Below, piece by piece: positions 28,001 to 37,023 of a DNA stretch of 37,025 bases. A model generated the notes under the pieces. The model was not told where the DNA came from. It saw nothing but the letters and a program-made list of their open reading frames with translations, and did not search any database. The stretch is taken from sequence record SRR20825019_31. One strand, given 5' to 3'. Both the position numbers and the translations under genes were made by a program. The first letter of the stretch is position 1. Every line of letters begins with the position of its first letter.

Positions 28001-28965
28001 AGAAAGTAGGAGTATGAATTTACGCTATGCGTTGCCGGATCGTCGTTCGTTGAAATAGTTTGAACTCTTAAAGGCGTTCCCGATGGATTAATATTAATGA
28101 AATAGCACGACACGTCCGAGTAAGGATTTTTATCCTCATACAATTCAGCCGTTCCATTTGCATACAATCTGTCTGGACCCCAGCCATAGAAAATGATATA
28201 ATCGTCATCATCAAAAACTCCGTCTCCTTCACCAACAACGGTAATAGCATTCTTCGCCAAATCATCGGTTCTATATACCGAATTCAATTCTGGCAAGCGG
28301 CCATCACCGTTTCCATAAATATTAATGTGCTGTGGATTAAGCGTAGTCATATCAACCCCGAGTGGTTCAAAGCATTCTCTAATAAACTCTTTGTTTAACT
28401 TATACAATCCATCTTTTGCAACCGAAATCTTGAACCATAAACCAGAACCATCCGCAAGTACCGAATTAGTTACAAAATCTTTCTTATATGCATTGACTTG
28501 CTGATTCGCATCTTTGACCACATCCACTTTTATGGAATTAACTCGATGAATCGCATTATTTACCTTAATAAATGGAAATAAACCGAGAACAATATTTTTC
28601 TCACCACGAGCAGCCGAAATTTTAAGTTCATAACGCGCTTCTCCTACTTCGATGTTGCTATTTTGCAAAAACTGAATTTCGACAGGATCAGCTGGCGATG
28701 TAGATGTAATTTCCAAAATTGGTTTAAGACCTGAGCTCGAAGCAATCGGCATAATCCAAGAAAAATGTGGAATTCCTCCATTTAAATCATGTCCTTCCAA
28801 ATTAGGAACCATAATCGAGTTTTCACCTTCAATAAGTTTTTTTGGGGCTGTCCACGGTAACGAAATAACTTCAGAGCGCTGAGAAAGCCCGTAGCAGCTG
28901 AAAAACAGCATCACGAGTAAACTCTTAAAACCCCAATATTGACGATACTCAGTAATTAAATTCAT
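25090..28965 (-). CDS. porU: T9SS sortase PorU (gingipain-like C25 peptidase)
   Basis: YLCLFGDG, NYVGHGGE (His) and SATCEF (Cys) dyad, LIGDPAL, C-terminal NYPNPF...GVYVY CTD; start position uncertain. Confidence 0.95.
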   Translation of the reverse strand: MNLITEYRQYWGFKSLLVMLFFSCYGLSQRSEVISLPWTAPKKLIEGENSIMVPNLEGHDLNGGIPHFSWIMPIASSSGLKPILEITSTSPADPVEIQFLQNSNIEVGEARYELKISAARGEKNIVLGLFPFIKVNNAIHRVNSIKVDVVKDANQQVNAYKKDFVTNSVLADGSGLWFKISVAKDGLYKLNKEFIRECFEPLGVDMTTLNPQHINIYGNGDGRLPELNSVYRTDDLAKNAITVVGEGDGVFDDDDYIIFYGWGPDRLYANGTAELYEDKNPYSDVSCYFININPSGTPLRVQTISTNDDPATHSVNSYSYFLKHENDYTSLVSGGQRWYGELFDTELQRTFTFNVPNVVSSSPAYFKSFVASNANSNILNKHQYSVNGTVLGSNSLPSASSDFRRDGITFNLPSPGTSISLVMTVTRSSPDITTYLDYIQLNVRRSLTMMGSQFNFRDLSSVGAGNIVQYTVSNIPANGYVWDVTNRKLPMLQGGIVSGGQFVFRSSGDTLREFVVSNGVDFLVPTRVGQVNNQNLHGLPQAEYIIVSHPSFLSQANRLAQLHEAEGTTVHVISINDVYNEFSSGMVDATAVRMLAKMFYDRGAIDPTNRIKYLCLFGDGTFDHKNKKSNANFVGTYQVENSENHISAMVTDDYFGLLDNNEAINGGDLMDIGVGRILVSSIQIAREQVDKIEHYMKNGSALYSTANTNCSSDNGSSTFGDWRTKYTQIADDEEQGYFINVDCEPAYQSITDSFPSVNVDKIYLDAYQQIATAGGARYPEVVTAINDRIERGALITNYVGHGGEVGVAEERVITIPQIQAWKNIDKLTLFVSATCEFTKYDDPSRVSAGEWAALNPFGGAIALMTTTRSVFFGVNTNTISSFVKNAFAREANYMPLTFGEIMRRTKNTSGTSDNRRSFTLIGDPALRIALPRMNVVTDSINGLSPSIEIDTLNALSKVTIKGHLEDFNGAILNGFNGVVYPTVFDKPKAQKTLGNDPSSPIIDFKLQNNRVYRGKASVVNGYFEFTFIVPKDIDYSFGFGKISYFAENGSFDSYGSDLRVSIGGIDPNGVIDSDGPQIELFLNEETFVSGGITDETPILIAKLFDDNGINTVGNGIGHDLIAVLDGETGNPIVLNEYYTAELDSYQEGEIRYNFSDLEPGNHTLSVKVWDVNNNSSEASLEFVVQEKSELALDHVLNYPNPFTTSTEFFFEHNQACVDLEAQIQVFTVAGRLVKTINQAVKCDGFRTKGIPWNGRDDFGDQLAKGVYVYRVSVRTPDGMVADKIEKLVILK

Positions 28966-29070
28966 ACTACAAAAATGATAAGACAATTTCATGCTGACAA
29001 AAAAACGTAACTATTCTTTGAATATTATGTGCTATTTGTAATATTTGTAACTTTATTTTAATTCTGTCGT

Positions 29071-29078
29071 TATATTTG
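29071..29078 (+). promoter_or_regulatory. -7 promoter element for the PorP/SprF gene
   Basis: TATATTTG with an upstream TTTG at 29044-29047. Confidence 0.55.
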
Positions 29079-29110
29079 AATTAGAATGAATGTTACATTT
29101 AAACAGCTAC

Positions 29111-30079
29111 ATGAAAGGCTTAACTAAAATTTTAACTGCGGTATTGCTAGTTCTCTCTGCGGGAAGTGCTTCTGCGCAGGATCCAACATTCACACAGTTC
29201 TATGCAAATCCCTTGTATTTGAATCCAGCTTTTGCCGGTTCTAATGGATGCCCTAGGTTTGCGCTGAACTATAGAAATGAATGGCCTAATTTGTCAGGTA
29301 ACTATGTGACATACAGCGCATCATACGATCAATACTTCAAGAACATTTCTGGTGGAATTGGAGTGCTTGCAACGCATGATCAGCAAGGACAAGGTACAAT
29401 AAACACTTCGATGATCGGACTAGTGTACTCTTATCACTTGAAGGTAAATCGAAAATTCTCGATGCTTTTCGGAGCGAGAGCTTCAATGTTCAATAAGACA
29501 TTGGATTGGGATAAATTGACTTTCGGAGATATGATCGACCCAAGACGTGGATTTATTTATCAAACAGGAGACGTTCCTAGAGGCGGAAGTACTTACTTCT
29601 TTGATGCATCTGCAGGTTTTGTAGGATTTAGCAAGCATTTTTTCTTCGGAGGGGCAGTTCATCACTTGAACAGACCTAACGAATCTGTTATTATTGGAGA
29701 CTCACCATTGCCAATGCGTTTTACGGGACACATGGGTGCAGAAATAAAAATGGGTGGTAAATCTAAATACAGCAATACGACATCGTTCATGCCAAATATT
29801 ATTTACCAAAATCAAAACGGATTCCAGGAAATTAGTGTTGGTACTTACGTTAAATATGGTGTATTTAATGCTGGAGCATGGTTTAGAAACCGCGATGCAT
29901 TTATTTTAGCCATTGGATTAAACACTGGTAAATTTAAAATTGGATATAGTTACGATGTGACTGTATCAAGATTAAACAACGGAGTATCAGGCGGGTCTCA
30001 TGAAGTATCTTTGGGAATAAACCTCAGTTGTAAAGACAAACCTCTTACCTTTAGAACGATTTCTTGTCCATCTTTTTAA
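29111..30079 (+). CDS. PorP/SprF family T9SS membrane beta-barrel protein
   Basis: AQDPTFTQFYANPLYLNPAFAG, NYRNEW, GYSYD, GSHEVSLG. Confidence 0.93.
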   Translation: MKGLTKILTAVLLVLSAGSASAQDPTFTQFYANPLYLNPAFAGSNGCPRFALNYRNEWPNLSGNYVTYSASYDQYFKNISGGIGVLATHDQQGQGTINTSMIGLVYSYHLKVNRKFSMLFGARASMFNKTLDWDKLTFGDMIDPRRGFIYQTGDVPRGGSTYFFDASAGFVGFSKHFFFGGAVHHLNRPNESVIIGDSPLPMRFTGHMGAEIKMGGKSKYSNTTSFMPNIIYQNQNGFQEISVGTYVKYGVFNAGAWFRNRDAFILAIGLNTGKFKIGYSYDVTVSRLNNGVSGGSHEVSLGINLSCKDKPLTFRTISCPSF

Positions 30080-30119
30080 GAAAAGTGTAACGAATAAGAA
30101 ATAGTGACGTTGTAAAGAT

Positions 30120-30127
30120 TAAATTTG
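30120..30127 (+). promoter_or_regulatory. -7 promoter element for gldJ
   Basis: TAAATTTG 14 nt upstream of ATG 30142. Confidence 0.5.
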
Positions 30128-30141
30128 TGAATTAAGAAAAC

Positions 30142-32181
30142 ATGAAAACCAAAAATAACAGTATGCGATTTTTAAAGTTTGCTGCTTTTGCGTTGGCGGG
30201 AGTATTTATTGCATCATCCTGTTCTAGAGAAGCTTCTGGGAACACAGGTTGGGATTATAACAATCCGAGAACTGGTGGATTCCAGAAAGTTCCATTTGTC
30301 GATCAAGAAACAGGCCCTGGTCTTCTCTTGGTAGAAGGTGGAACATTCACGATGGGTCGCGCAGAGCAAGATGTAATGTTTGATTGGAACAACAGAGCGG
30401 CACGTGTGTCGATATCTTCATTCTACCTAGATCAAACTGAAGTTACGAATTTCCACTGGTTGGAGTATTTGTATTGGGTTTCTCGTGCTTACAACGAGAC
30501 GTATCCAATGGTTTACAAAAATGCACTTCCAGATACACTTGTATGGAGATCTCCTCTTGCTGACAATGAGAAGTTTGTAGATTACTACTTGCGTCACCCT
30601 GCATATAGAGATTATCCAGTAGTTGGTGTTTCTTGGTTGCAAGCGAATGATTACTGTAAATGGAGAACGGATCGTGTAAACGAATACATTCTTATTCGTG
30701 AGGGTATTTTAGACTTCAACATTGAGCAACGTGATGAAGCAACCTTCAATACAGAAGCATACTACGCAGGTCAATACGAAGAAGGATTGGTTAGAAATGT
30801 TCAAGATTTGGATCCATCTAACGTAAATGGGAAAAAACTAGGAACGCGTATCGTACGTATGGAAGATGGAATTCTTTTACCGCGCTACCGCCTACCAACT
30901 GAAGCAGAATGGGAATTTGCCGCAACTGGTTTAATTGGTAACCTACAAGAAGGTACTGAGAACATCAATGAGCGTCGTATTTATCCTTGGAATGGTCACT
31001 GGGTACGTCAAGACAATGCAGAATTCACAGGTCAAATCCGTGCAAACTTCGTAAGAGGTCGAGGAGATTACATGGGAGTTGCTGGAAACTTGAACGACGG
31101 TGGAGATATCACAGTTCCTGTTGAGTCATTCTGGCCAAACGATTACGGTTTATATCACATGGCTGGAAACGTTTCTGAATGGGTAATGGATGTTTACCGT
31201 CCTTTAACTAGTGAAGATTTCGATGAATTCCGTCCGTTTAGAGGAAATGTATTCAGAACTCAATTGTTGAACAACGAAGGAAATATAGAGTTGAAGAATG
31301 GTCAAGTAATGTACGATGTACATGGAATGAAAGAATACTTGAATGAGTTTGAGCGTGTTCGTTACCAAAGAGTATCAGCGAATAACCATGATCCAAACGA
31401 TACGATTATTCCTCCAGGATTGTCTTCGAACGTGAAGTCTAGAAATCCTTCAAAAATTGGTTATGCACCAGATCCATTCTATGTTTCTCACGGAAAAGTA
31501 AAAGATTCTATTGAGTTAGGATTGATGAGAAATATCAATGAAGTATTGGATAAAGCAATTAGCTACAAAAATGAGAAGCACGATATCGAAGCTTCAACGT
31601 ATATCCAAGATAACTTGTTTGATGGAATCTTCGAAGATGAAATCAGAACAGGTCCAGATGGAGAAGAATACGCTTTCGAAATCATCTCAATGTTGAGAGA
31701 CGGATTTAATGACTTCATCTTAAATACACCAGGTAAATTAAAATACCGTGATGTAACTGAAGAAGAAAACATTGGTCGATTGAACTATAGAAAAGCAGAT
31801 TACATCAATCATTTAGATGGTGATATCGAGAGTTCAATTTTCTATGCTAACGATGATCGTAAAAACGCTATCAACCAAGCAACACGTGATCCTAACTTGG
31901 TAATGTACCAAGATCAGCACGAAGAATATGGCTTAGATGGTGGGAAAGTGAAGCCTGGAGACAGAACTTCATGGCCAACAACGTTGATCTCTGATAAATC
32001 TCGTGTTTACAAAGGTGGATCATGGAAAGATAGAGCATATTGGTTGGCAGCTGGTAACCGTCGTTACTTAGATGAAGATAAATCAACAGATGCTATCGGA
32101 TTTAGATGTGCGATGGATCGTGTAGGATCACCTACTGGATTCAACTACGGAAGACAAAAGAAAAAGAAGAAGAAAAAATAA
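30142..32181 (+). CDS. gldJ: Gliding motility lipoprotein GldJ (FGE/SUMF1-like)
   Basis: Lipobox ASSC; TGWDYN, QDVMFDWNN, YLRHPAYRDYPVVGVSW, RLPTEAEWE, MAGNVSEWV, RVYKGGSWKDRAYW, IGFRCAMDRVG; porV-porU...murF synteny. Confidence 0.9.
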   Translation: MKTKNNSMRFLKFAAFALAGVFIASSCSREASGNTGWDYNNPRTGGFQKVPFVDQETGPGLLLVEGGTFTMGRAEQDVMFDWNNRAARVSISSFYLDQTEVTNFHWLEYLYWVSRAYNETYPMVYKNALPDTLVWRSPLADNEKFVDYYLRHPAYRDYPVVGVSWLQANDYCKWRTDRVNEYILIREGILDFNIEQRDEATFNTEAYYAGQYEEGLVRNVQDLDPSNVNGKKLGTRIVRMEDGILLPRYRLPTEAEWEFAATGLIGNLQEGTENINERRIYPWNGHWVRQDNAEFTGQIRANFVRGRGDYMGVAGNLNDGGDITVPVESFWPNDYGLYHMAGNVSEWVMDVYRPLTSEDFDEFRPFRGNVFRTQLLNNEGNIELKNGQVMYDVHGMKEYLNEFERVRYQRVSANNHDPNDTIIPPGLSSNVKSRNPSKIGYAPDPFYVSHGKVKDSIELGLMRNINEVLDKAISYKNEKHDIEASTYIQDNLFDGIFEDEIRTGPDGEEYAFEIISMLRDGFNDFILNTPGKLKYRDVTEEENIGRLNYRKADYINHLDGDIESSIFYANDDRKNAINQATRDPNLVMYQDQHEEYGLDGGKVKPGDRTSWPTTLISDKSRVYKGGSWKDRAYWLAAGNRRYLDEDKSTDAIGFRCAMDRVGSPTGFNYGRQKKKKKKK

Positions 32182-32199
32182 ACGGAAGCAATTCCTGAT

Positions 32200-32233
32200 A
32201 AAAGCCTCGATAAATCATTATCGAGGCTTTTTT
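32200..32233 (+). terminator. Intrinsic terminator after gldJ
   Basis: Perfect AAAAGCCTCGATAA-atca-TTATCGAGGCTTTT followed by further Ts. Confidence 0.9.
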
Positions 32234-32338
32234 GTTGAGTAAATTTCCCTAAATCAAAACATAGTTCCACAATTAACCGCATCCAAATATCTTGAGGTAC
32301 ATTTAAGGAGAGTTCCAATTACTTTAATATATTTAAGG

Positions 32339-34282
32339 ATGCGGACAGTTTTGACATGTGCATTTATTCTACTTAGCGTTGCAAGCTCTGCTCTACAGCA
32401 GGTTAAGGACACCGTTGTTAATAGAATCGAAACGATCTCCAACCCACTTAAACGTGCCGCTGAATACAATCTCGCCTCACAAAGCGCATGGGAATCTGGA
32501 CGTTATTCTGAAGCTCTTAACTATTCTTCTAAGGGATTGGATCTTTGTGTAAGTGATGAATTCGATGCACTTAAAGCAGAACTACTCAACAATCAGGGAA
32601 TTGCACATGATTATCTTGGAAACTATACTATCTCTCTAAATAGTTATTTCAAAGCACTAAGGATTGCTGAAAAACTAAACGCATCAAAAATTGAGGCAGA
32701 TATCTGCGGAAACATTGGAATAATCTACGCCAATCAACGAAGAATAGAAAAGTCATATTTCTATCATTCAAAATCGTTGAAAATTCGCAGAAGGATTAAT
32801 GACACACATGGTATTTCAGCATCGCTCAATAATATCGCAATAATCTATGTGCAAGAAAAAAAGTTTGAGAAGGCTATAAAAAATTACACCGAATGTATTC
32901 AGCTCGATAAAGAACTTAACGACATCCGAGGTCTTGGAGATGACTATAACAATATTGGTCTCTGTTACTTGGATATGGATGACTTCGAAAATGCATTCAA
33001 ATACTTGAACGAATCCCTGCGAATCCGAGAATCGATGGACAATCCTCTTGGTGTGGCAGAAACCATTAATAACATCGGAACGGTCTACTTCGAGCAGCAC
33101 GAATTTGAAAAAGCCAAAACGTACTTTCTAAAATCAATTCCATACAGTCAAAAAATTGGAAACAAAGAATCACTCAAGTATTCCTACGATCTTCTATTTC
33201 AGAGTGAAGAAAAAGGTTCAAAAGATTCTGTTGCAGCCTACAATTACTATAAACTATACATCATTTACCGCGACAGTATAGACAACTCAAAAAATGCTCG
33301 TCTGCAAACTGAATATGAATTAAAATACAAGTTCGACAAGGAAAAAGAAGTCACTCGGATAAAACAAGATCAAAAAGATTCTCGTTTCAAAATCATTATT
33401 TACTCCATCAGTGGCGGGTTTCTTCTTATCCTCCTCTTCTCTACCCTACTTTTCAAACGGTGGAAAGAAACACAACAGCAGCGAAAAGTCATTGAAGAGA
33501 AAAATGCGTTAGTCGAATTAAAAAACAGAGAAATTACAGACTCCATCAACTATGCCAAGCGGATTCAAACAGCCATATTGCCTTCTACCGAGGAAATAAC
33601 GTCAATTATCCCCAATCACTTTGTTATCTATCGACCGAAGGACATCGTATCCGGTGATTTTTATTGGATGGATGAAAAAGACGGCTATTACTTTATTGCA
33701 GCGGCAGATTGCACTGGACATGGAGTTCCGGGAGCACTCATGAGTGTAGTTTGTCACAATGCGCTGAACAGATCTGTTCGAGAATTTGATTTAAAACGTC
33801 CCTCAGACATACTCGATAAAACAAGGTCATTAATCATTGATGAAATCTCAAAAGTCGACAAAAGTATTTCTGACGGGATGGACATCTCGCTGTGCGTATA
33901 TAGAAAAGAGTCAAATATCGTTCATTGGTCGGGAGCCAACAACCCGTTGCTCATCTACAGATCAGCTACACAAGAACTCGAAATACTTCGGCCAGATAAA
34001 CAATCAATTGGTTTTCATGGGCAACCAGTTCCCTTTTCGCTCCATGAAGTTTTAGTAAATCCGAAGGATAAACTTTACCTGTTTTCAGATGGATTCGCCG
34101 ATCAATTCGGTGGCGATCGCGGTAGGAAGCTCATGAGTAAAGGCTTCCGTCAACTTGTGCTAGATTCCGCACAGCTCGACTACAAAGAGCAAAAATACCA
34201 CCTCGAAAATGCATTTCTTGAATGGAAAGGAAGTTCAGAACAGGTCGATGACATTTGTGTGATTTGTTTTTCAATCACCTAG
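32339..34282 (+). CDS. Membrane sensor phosphatase: extracytoplasmic TPR repeats, one TM helix, SpoIIE/PP2C domain
   Basis: Signal peptide, repeated LNNIG-type TPRs, TM IIIYSISGGFLLILLFSTLLF, DIVSGDFYW, AADCTGHGVPGA, DGMDIS, LFSDGFADQFGG, QVDDI. Confidence 0.92.
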   Translation: MRTVLTCAFILLSVASSALQQVKDTVVNRIETISNPLKRAAEYNLASQSAWESGRYSEALNYSSKGLDLCVSDEFDALKAELLNNQGIAHDYLGNYTISLNSYFKALRIAEKLNASKIEADICGNIGIIYANQRRIEKSYFYHSKSLKIRRRINDTHGISASLNNIAIIYVQEKKFEKAIKNYTECIQLDKELNDIRGLGDDYNNIGLCYLDMDDFENAFKYLNESLRIRESMDNPLGVAETINNIGTVYFEQHEFEKAKTYFLKSIPYSQKIGNKESLKYSYDLLFQSEEKGSKDSVAAYNYYKLYIIYRDSIDNSKNARLQTEYELKYKFDKEKEVTRIKQDQKDSRFKIIIYSISGGFLLILLFSTLLFKRWKETQQQRKVIEEKNALVELKNREITDSINYAKRIQTAILPSTEEITSIIPNHFVIYRPKDIVSGDFYWMDEKDGYYFIAAADCTGHGVPGALMSVVCHNALNRSVREFDLKRPSDILDKTRSLIIDEISKVDKSISDGMDISLCVYRKESNIVHWSGANNPLLIYRSATQELEILRPDKQSIGFHGQPVPFSLHEVLVNPKDKLYLFSDGFADQFGGDRGRKLMSKGFRQLVLDSAQLDYKEQKYHLENAFLEWKGSSEQVDDICVICFSIT

Positions 34283-34353
34283 TTCAATTCAGGAACAATT
34301 GTTAATTTCGTTCGATCATGTGCCCAATCAATAAACGCACTTAAATCATCAAA

Positions 34354-35610
34354 ATGAAACCATTTTTACTTACCGTGCTAATCCCAGTTCTCGTTGGGTG
34401 TTCATCTTCCCCAGAATCATCAGACGAATTAGTGGCTGAAAATTCAGCACCCGTTATTACAAATGTTTTTCCTTTTGGACAAGACCTGAATGAATTCACG
34501 CAAGAGCCAATTAGATTACTAGGAGGTGGAGATTGCTGGACAATTACTCGACAATTTACTTCGGATGCGATGGGAATCGTTGCAGATTCAACAGATTGTG
34601 GTGAGAATGGAACCTCTCAGAGCTTCTATTTCTTACAGAATAGAAAACTCAAAATTGTTCAGAATCAAGTATCTGAAGCGAATTTCTCTGAAGACGGTAA
34701 AAAAGTAACATTCATTCTATCCGAAACGGTCTACGATTTCTCGGTTACACCAGCCATTGAATCTAAGCGAATCGACACTTTAAGCACCTTAGATTTTGAT
34801 AAAATCAACAATGAATTCGTTGTTTCAGAAATAAAAAATAGCAAAGCGAAGCTCGCTGAATTTACTGAAAAGCTGAAATCATTGCTCACGGAGCAACAAA
34901 ATTTCGAGAACGCTGAATTCAAATTGATCTCAAGTCCATCCAAAGTGGATAAATCAACTGGAGTTCCAAGTACAGAGATTTCATTGGCCTCGCCTATTTT
35001 TGCGACTCCAATTTTCATAGTGAAGGAATACAATCTATCGGAAATCAAGGAATATCAGAAAAGAGAAAACGCTGGAATCCCTGGTTATGCTGCATTTGCA
35101 TTCAGTAGCTGGTACGCTGGAGGTGGAGCAGTTTACTACGGCATAGTGGAAAATACACTTTTAAAAGTCTACCGTAAATATCAAGACGAGCAAGAAACTC
35201 CAGGGTCAAATAAATTTCAAATGATTCAAGAGATTGATCTTGAAAACCCTACGGACAATCCCGATCATTACATTTGTTTCAAAGAAGACAATGGCAAATC
35301 TCCAAATGTTATGATTGCCTTTGGAAAAAATGGGAAAGCTCTTTATGCTAAATACGACAAGCAAACGAACAGAATTCCGATTGATTTCATCCGTGAAGAA
35401 GTAAAAACGGAAGGTGCTTACCCTACAACTATTTCACATTACAAAGAAATGGTTAACAAGGAGCGGACTGGAAAATATACCATCACACACTCGGGAAATT
35501 GGGATTATCTTGAATACCGCAGAGCTAAAGATGGAAAAGTATTCAAATTCACGATTGATCAGAGCCTCTCTATTGATGAAAATGGGTATAGAAAGACACC
35601 TTGTTTCTAA
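34354..35610 (+). CDS. Hypothetical multi-domain lipoprotein
   Basis: Lipobox LVGC; 418 aa; no catalytic motif recognised. Confidence 0.82.
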   Translation: MKPFLLTVLIPVLVGCSSSPESSDELVAENSAPVITNVFPFGQDLNEFTQEPIRLLGGGDCWTITRQFTSDAMGIVADSTDCGENGTSQSFYFLQNRKLKIVQNQVSEANFSEDGKKVTFILSETVYDFSVTPAIESKRIDTLSTLDFDKINNEFVVSEIKNSKAKLAEFTEKLKSLLTEQQNFENAEFKLISSPSKVDKSTGVPSTEISLASPIFATPIFIVKEYNLSEIKEYQKRENAGIPGYAAFAFSSWYAGGGAVYYGIVENTLLKVYRKYQDEQETPGSNKFQMIQEIDLENPTDNPDHYICFKEDNGKSPNVMIAFGKNGKALYAKYDKQTNRIPIDFIREEVKTEGAYPTTISHYKEMVNKERTGKYTITHSGNWDYLEYRRAKDGKVFKFTIDQSLSIDENGYRKTPCF

Positions 35611-35634
35611 CTAAGAATCACAAACATTGTTTTG

Positions 35635-36924
35635 ATGGACACATTACGTTTCGAACCATTCTATTCTTCAACAGGAATTTGCACAGACACCCGAAAAATT
35701 GAACCTGGTTGTTTGTTCATTTGTATTAAAGGCGACAATTTTGATGGAAATACGTTCGCCAAAACAGCAATAGAACAGGGCGCATCTCACGTAATTGTTG
35801 ACAATCCGGAATACTTCATTGATGACTCTAAAATGTCGTTGGTTGAAGATTCGGTGAAATATCTTCAAGCCCTTGCAAATCATCATCGAAGAAAATTTGA
35901 CATTCCCGTTATTGGAATCACAGGGAGTAACGGAAAAACGTCTTCTAAGGAACTCATCAACGCCGTACTTTCTCAAAAATACAACGTCCTTGCAACTCAG
36001 GGGAACTTAAACAATCACCTCGGGGTTCCATTTACCTTGTTGCGGATTACTGATGAGCATGAAATTGCAATTATCGAAATGGGCGCGAACAAATTCAAGG
36101 ACATTGAAGAATTGTGCGATATTGCTGAACCCAATTATGGAATTATTACGAATATCGGAAAGGCGCACCTTGAGGGACTGAAATCCTTTGAAGGCGTTCT
36201 TAAAACGAAAAGAGAATTATACGAAGCAGTAGAAAAAGCGCAAGGTACAATCGTTGTAAATCAAGACGATGATGTTCTGATGAATGCATTACCTGCAAAC
36301 ACGAAGACTTTTGGCTACGGAACAAAAGACGCAGATCTTCTTGGTGAATTGATTCGCCTCTCCCCTTTTGTAGAAATGAAATGGAAAACGAGTGACTATG
36401 AATCTGGTGAGATCAGCACTCAGATGATTGGAAGCTACAACTTCTACAATTTCATATCTGCTGCGGCTTTTGGAGTACTTTTTAATGTTCCAAATGAATT
36501 GATTTCAAAAGCCATTGCTGAGTACAACCCTACGAACAATCGCTCTCAAGTCAAAAAAACGATTAAAAATACGCTCATCCTCGACTGCTACAATGCGAAT
36601 CCAACAAGTATGCGCTCTGCACTGGAAAGCTTTTCAATGATTGATCATCCAAACAAAGTATTCATGCTCGGCGACATGAAGGAATTGGGCGATGAATCTC
36701 CGAAGGAACACGAGGCAATCGTTCAACTCGTAGAAACACTCGGACTCAAAGGATATGTTGTAGGAGATTTCTTTTCTACTATTTCTTCCCCATTTATCCT
36801 CAAAGGCTTTTCAAAAACAGAAGAGTTGGTAGAGTTCGTTTCTCAATTATCTATTGAAGATCACTTAATTTTATTAAAAGGTTCTCGGAGCATAGGATTA
36901 GAGGCTTTGGAATCATCTTTATAA
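35635..36924 (+). CDS. murF: UDP-N-acetylmuramoyl-tripeptide--D-alanyl-D-alanine ligase
   Basis: GICTDTR, GITGSNGKTS, NLNNHLGVP, EMGAN, DCYNANPTSM, LGDMKELG, LLKGSR. Confidence 0.96.
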   Translation: MDTLRFEPFYSSTGICTDTRKIEPGCLFICIKGDNFDGNTFAKTAIEQGASHVIVDNPEYFIDDSKMSLVEDSVKYLQALANHHRRKFDIPVIGITGSNGKTSSKELINAVLSQKYNVLATQGNLNNHLGVPFTLLRITDEHEIAIIEMGANKFKDIEELCDIAEPNYGIITNIGKAHLEGLKSFEGVLKTKRELYEAVEKAQGTIVVNQDDDVLMNALPANTKTFGYGTKDADLLGELIRLSPFVEMKWKTSDYESGEISTQMIGSYNFYNFISAAAFGVLFNVPNELISKAIAEYNPTNNRSQVKKTIKNTLILDCYNANPTSMRSALESFSMIDHPNKVFMLGDMKELGDESPKEHEAIVQLVETLGLKGYVVGDFFSTISSPFILKGFSKTEELVEFVSQLSIEDHLILLKGSRSIGLEALESSL

Positions 36925-36930
36925 AGAATT

Positions 36931-36959
36931 GTAGTCACGGATTGAAAATCCGCGACTGC
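36931..36959. repeat. REP-like palindrome or terminator hairpin after murF
   Basis: GTAGTCACGGATT-gaa-AATCCGCGACTGC imperfect inverted repeat beginning with GTAG. Confidence 0.5.
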
Positions 36960-36996
36960 TTTGACTGCGGTAATTTCTAAAGCTAAAAACAAAAGA

Positions 36997-37023
36997 AGTG
37001 GGTTGAGGCTCTCGAAACCCACT
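36997..37023. repeat. Second hairpin (REP-like, or terminator of an off-window minus-strand gene)
   Basis: AGTGGGTT-gaggctctcga-AACCCACT; followed by TCTTTT on the minus strand. Confidence 0.45.

Noticed and set aside
23275..28965. ispF attached to porU-porV
   Set aside because: This is a known conserved arrangement in Bacteroidota, not novel
29033..29050. Tandem TATTTGTAA x2 between porU and the PorP/SprF gene
   Set aside because: Short, AT-rich and overlapping the probable -33 TTTG; chance is an adequate explanation
30142..32181. Formylglycine-generating enzyme or GldK
   Set aside because: The FGE-like fold is shared, but the motifs and the porU/murF context fit GldJ, and no gldLMN follows
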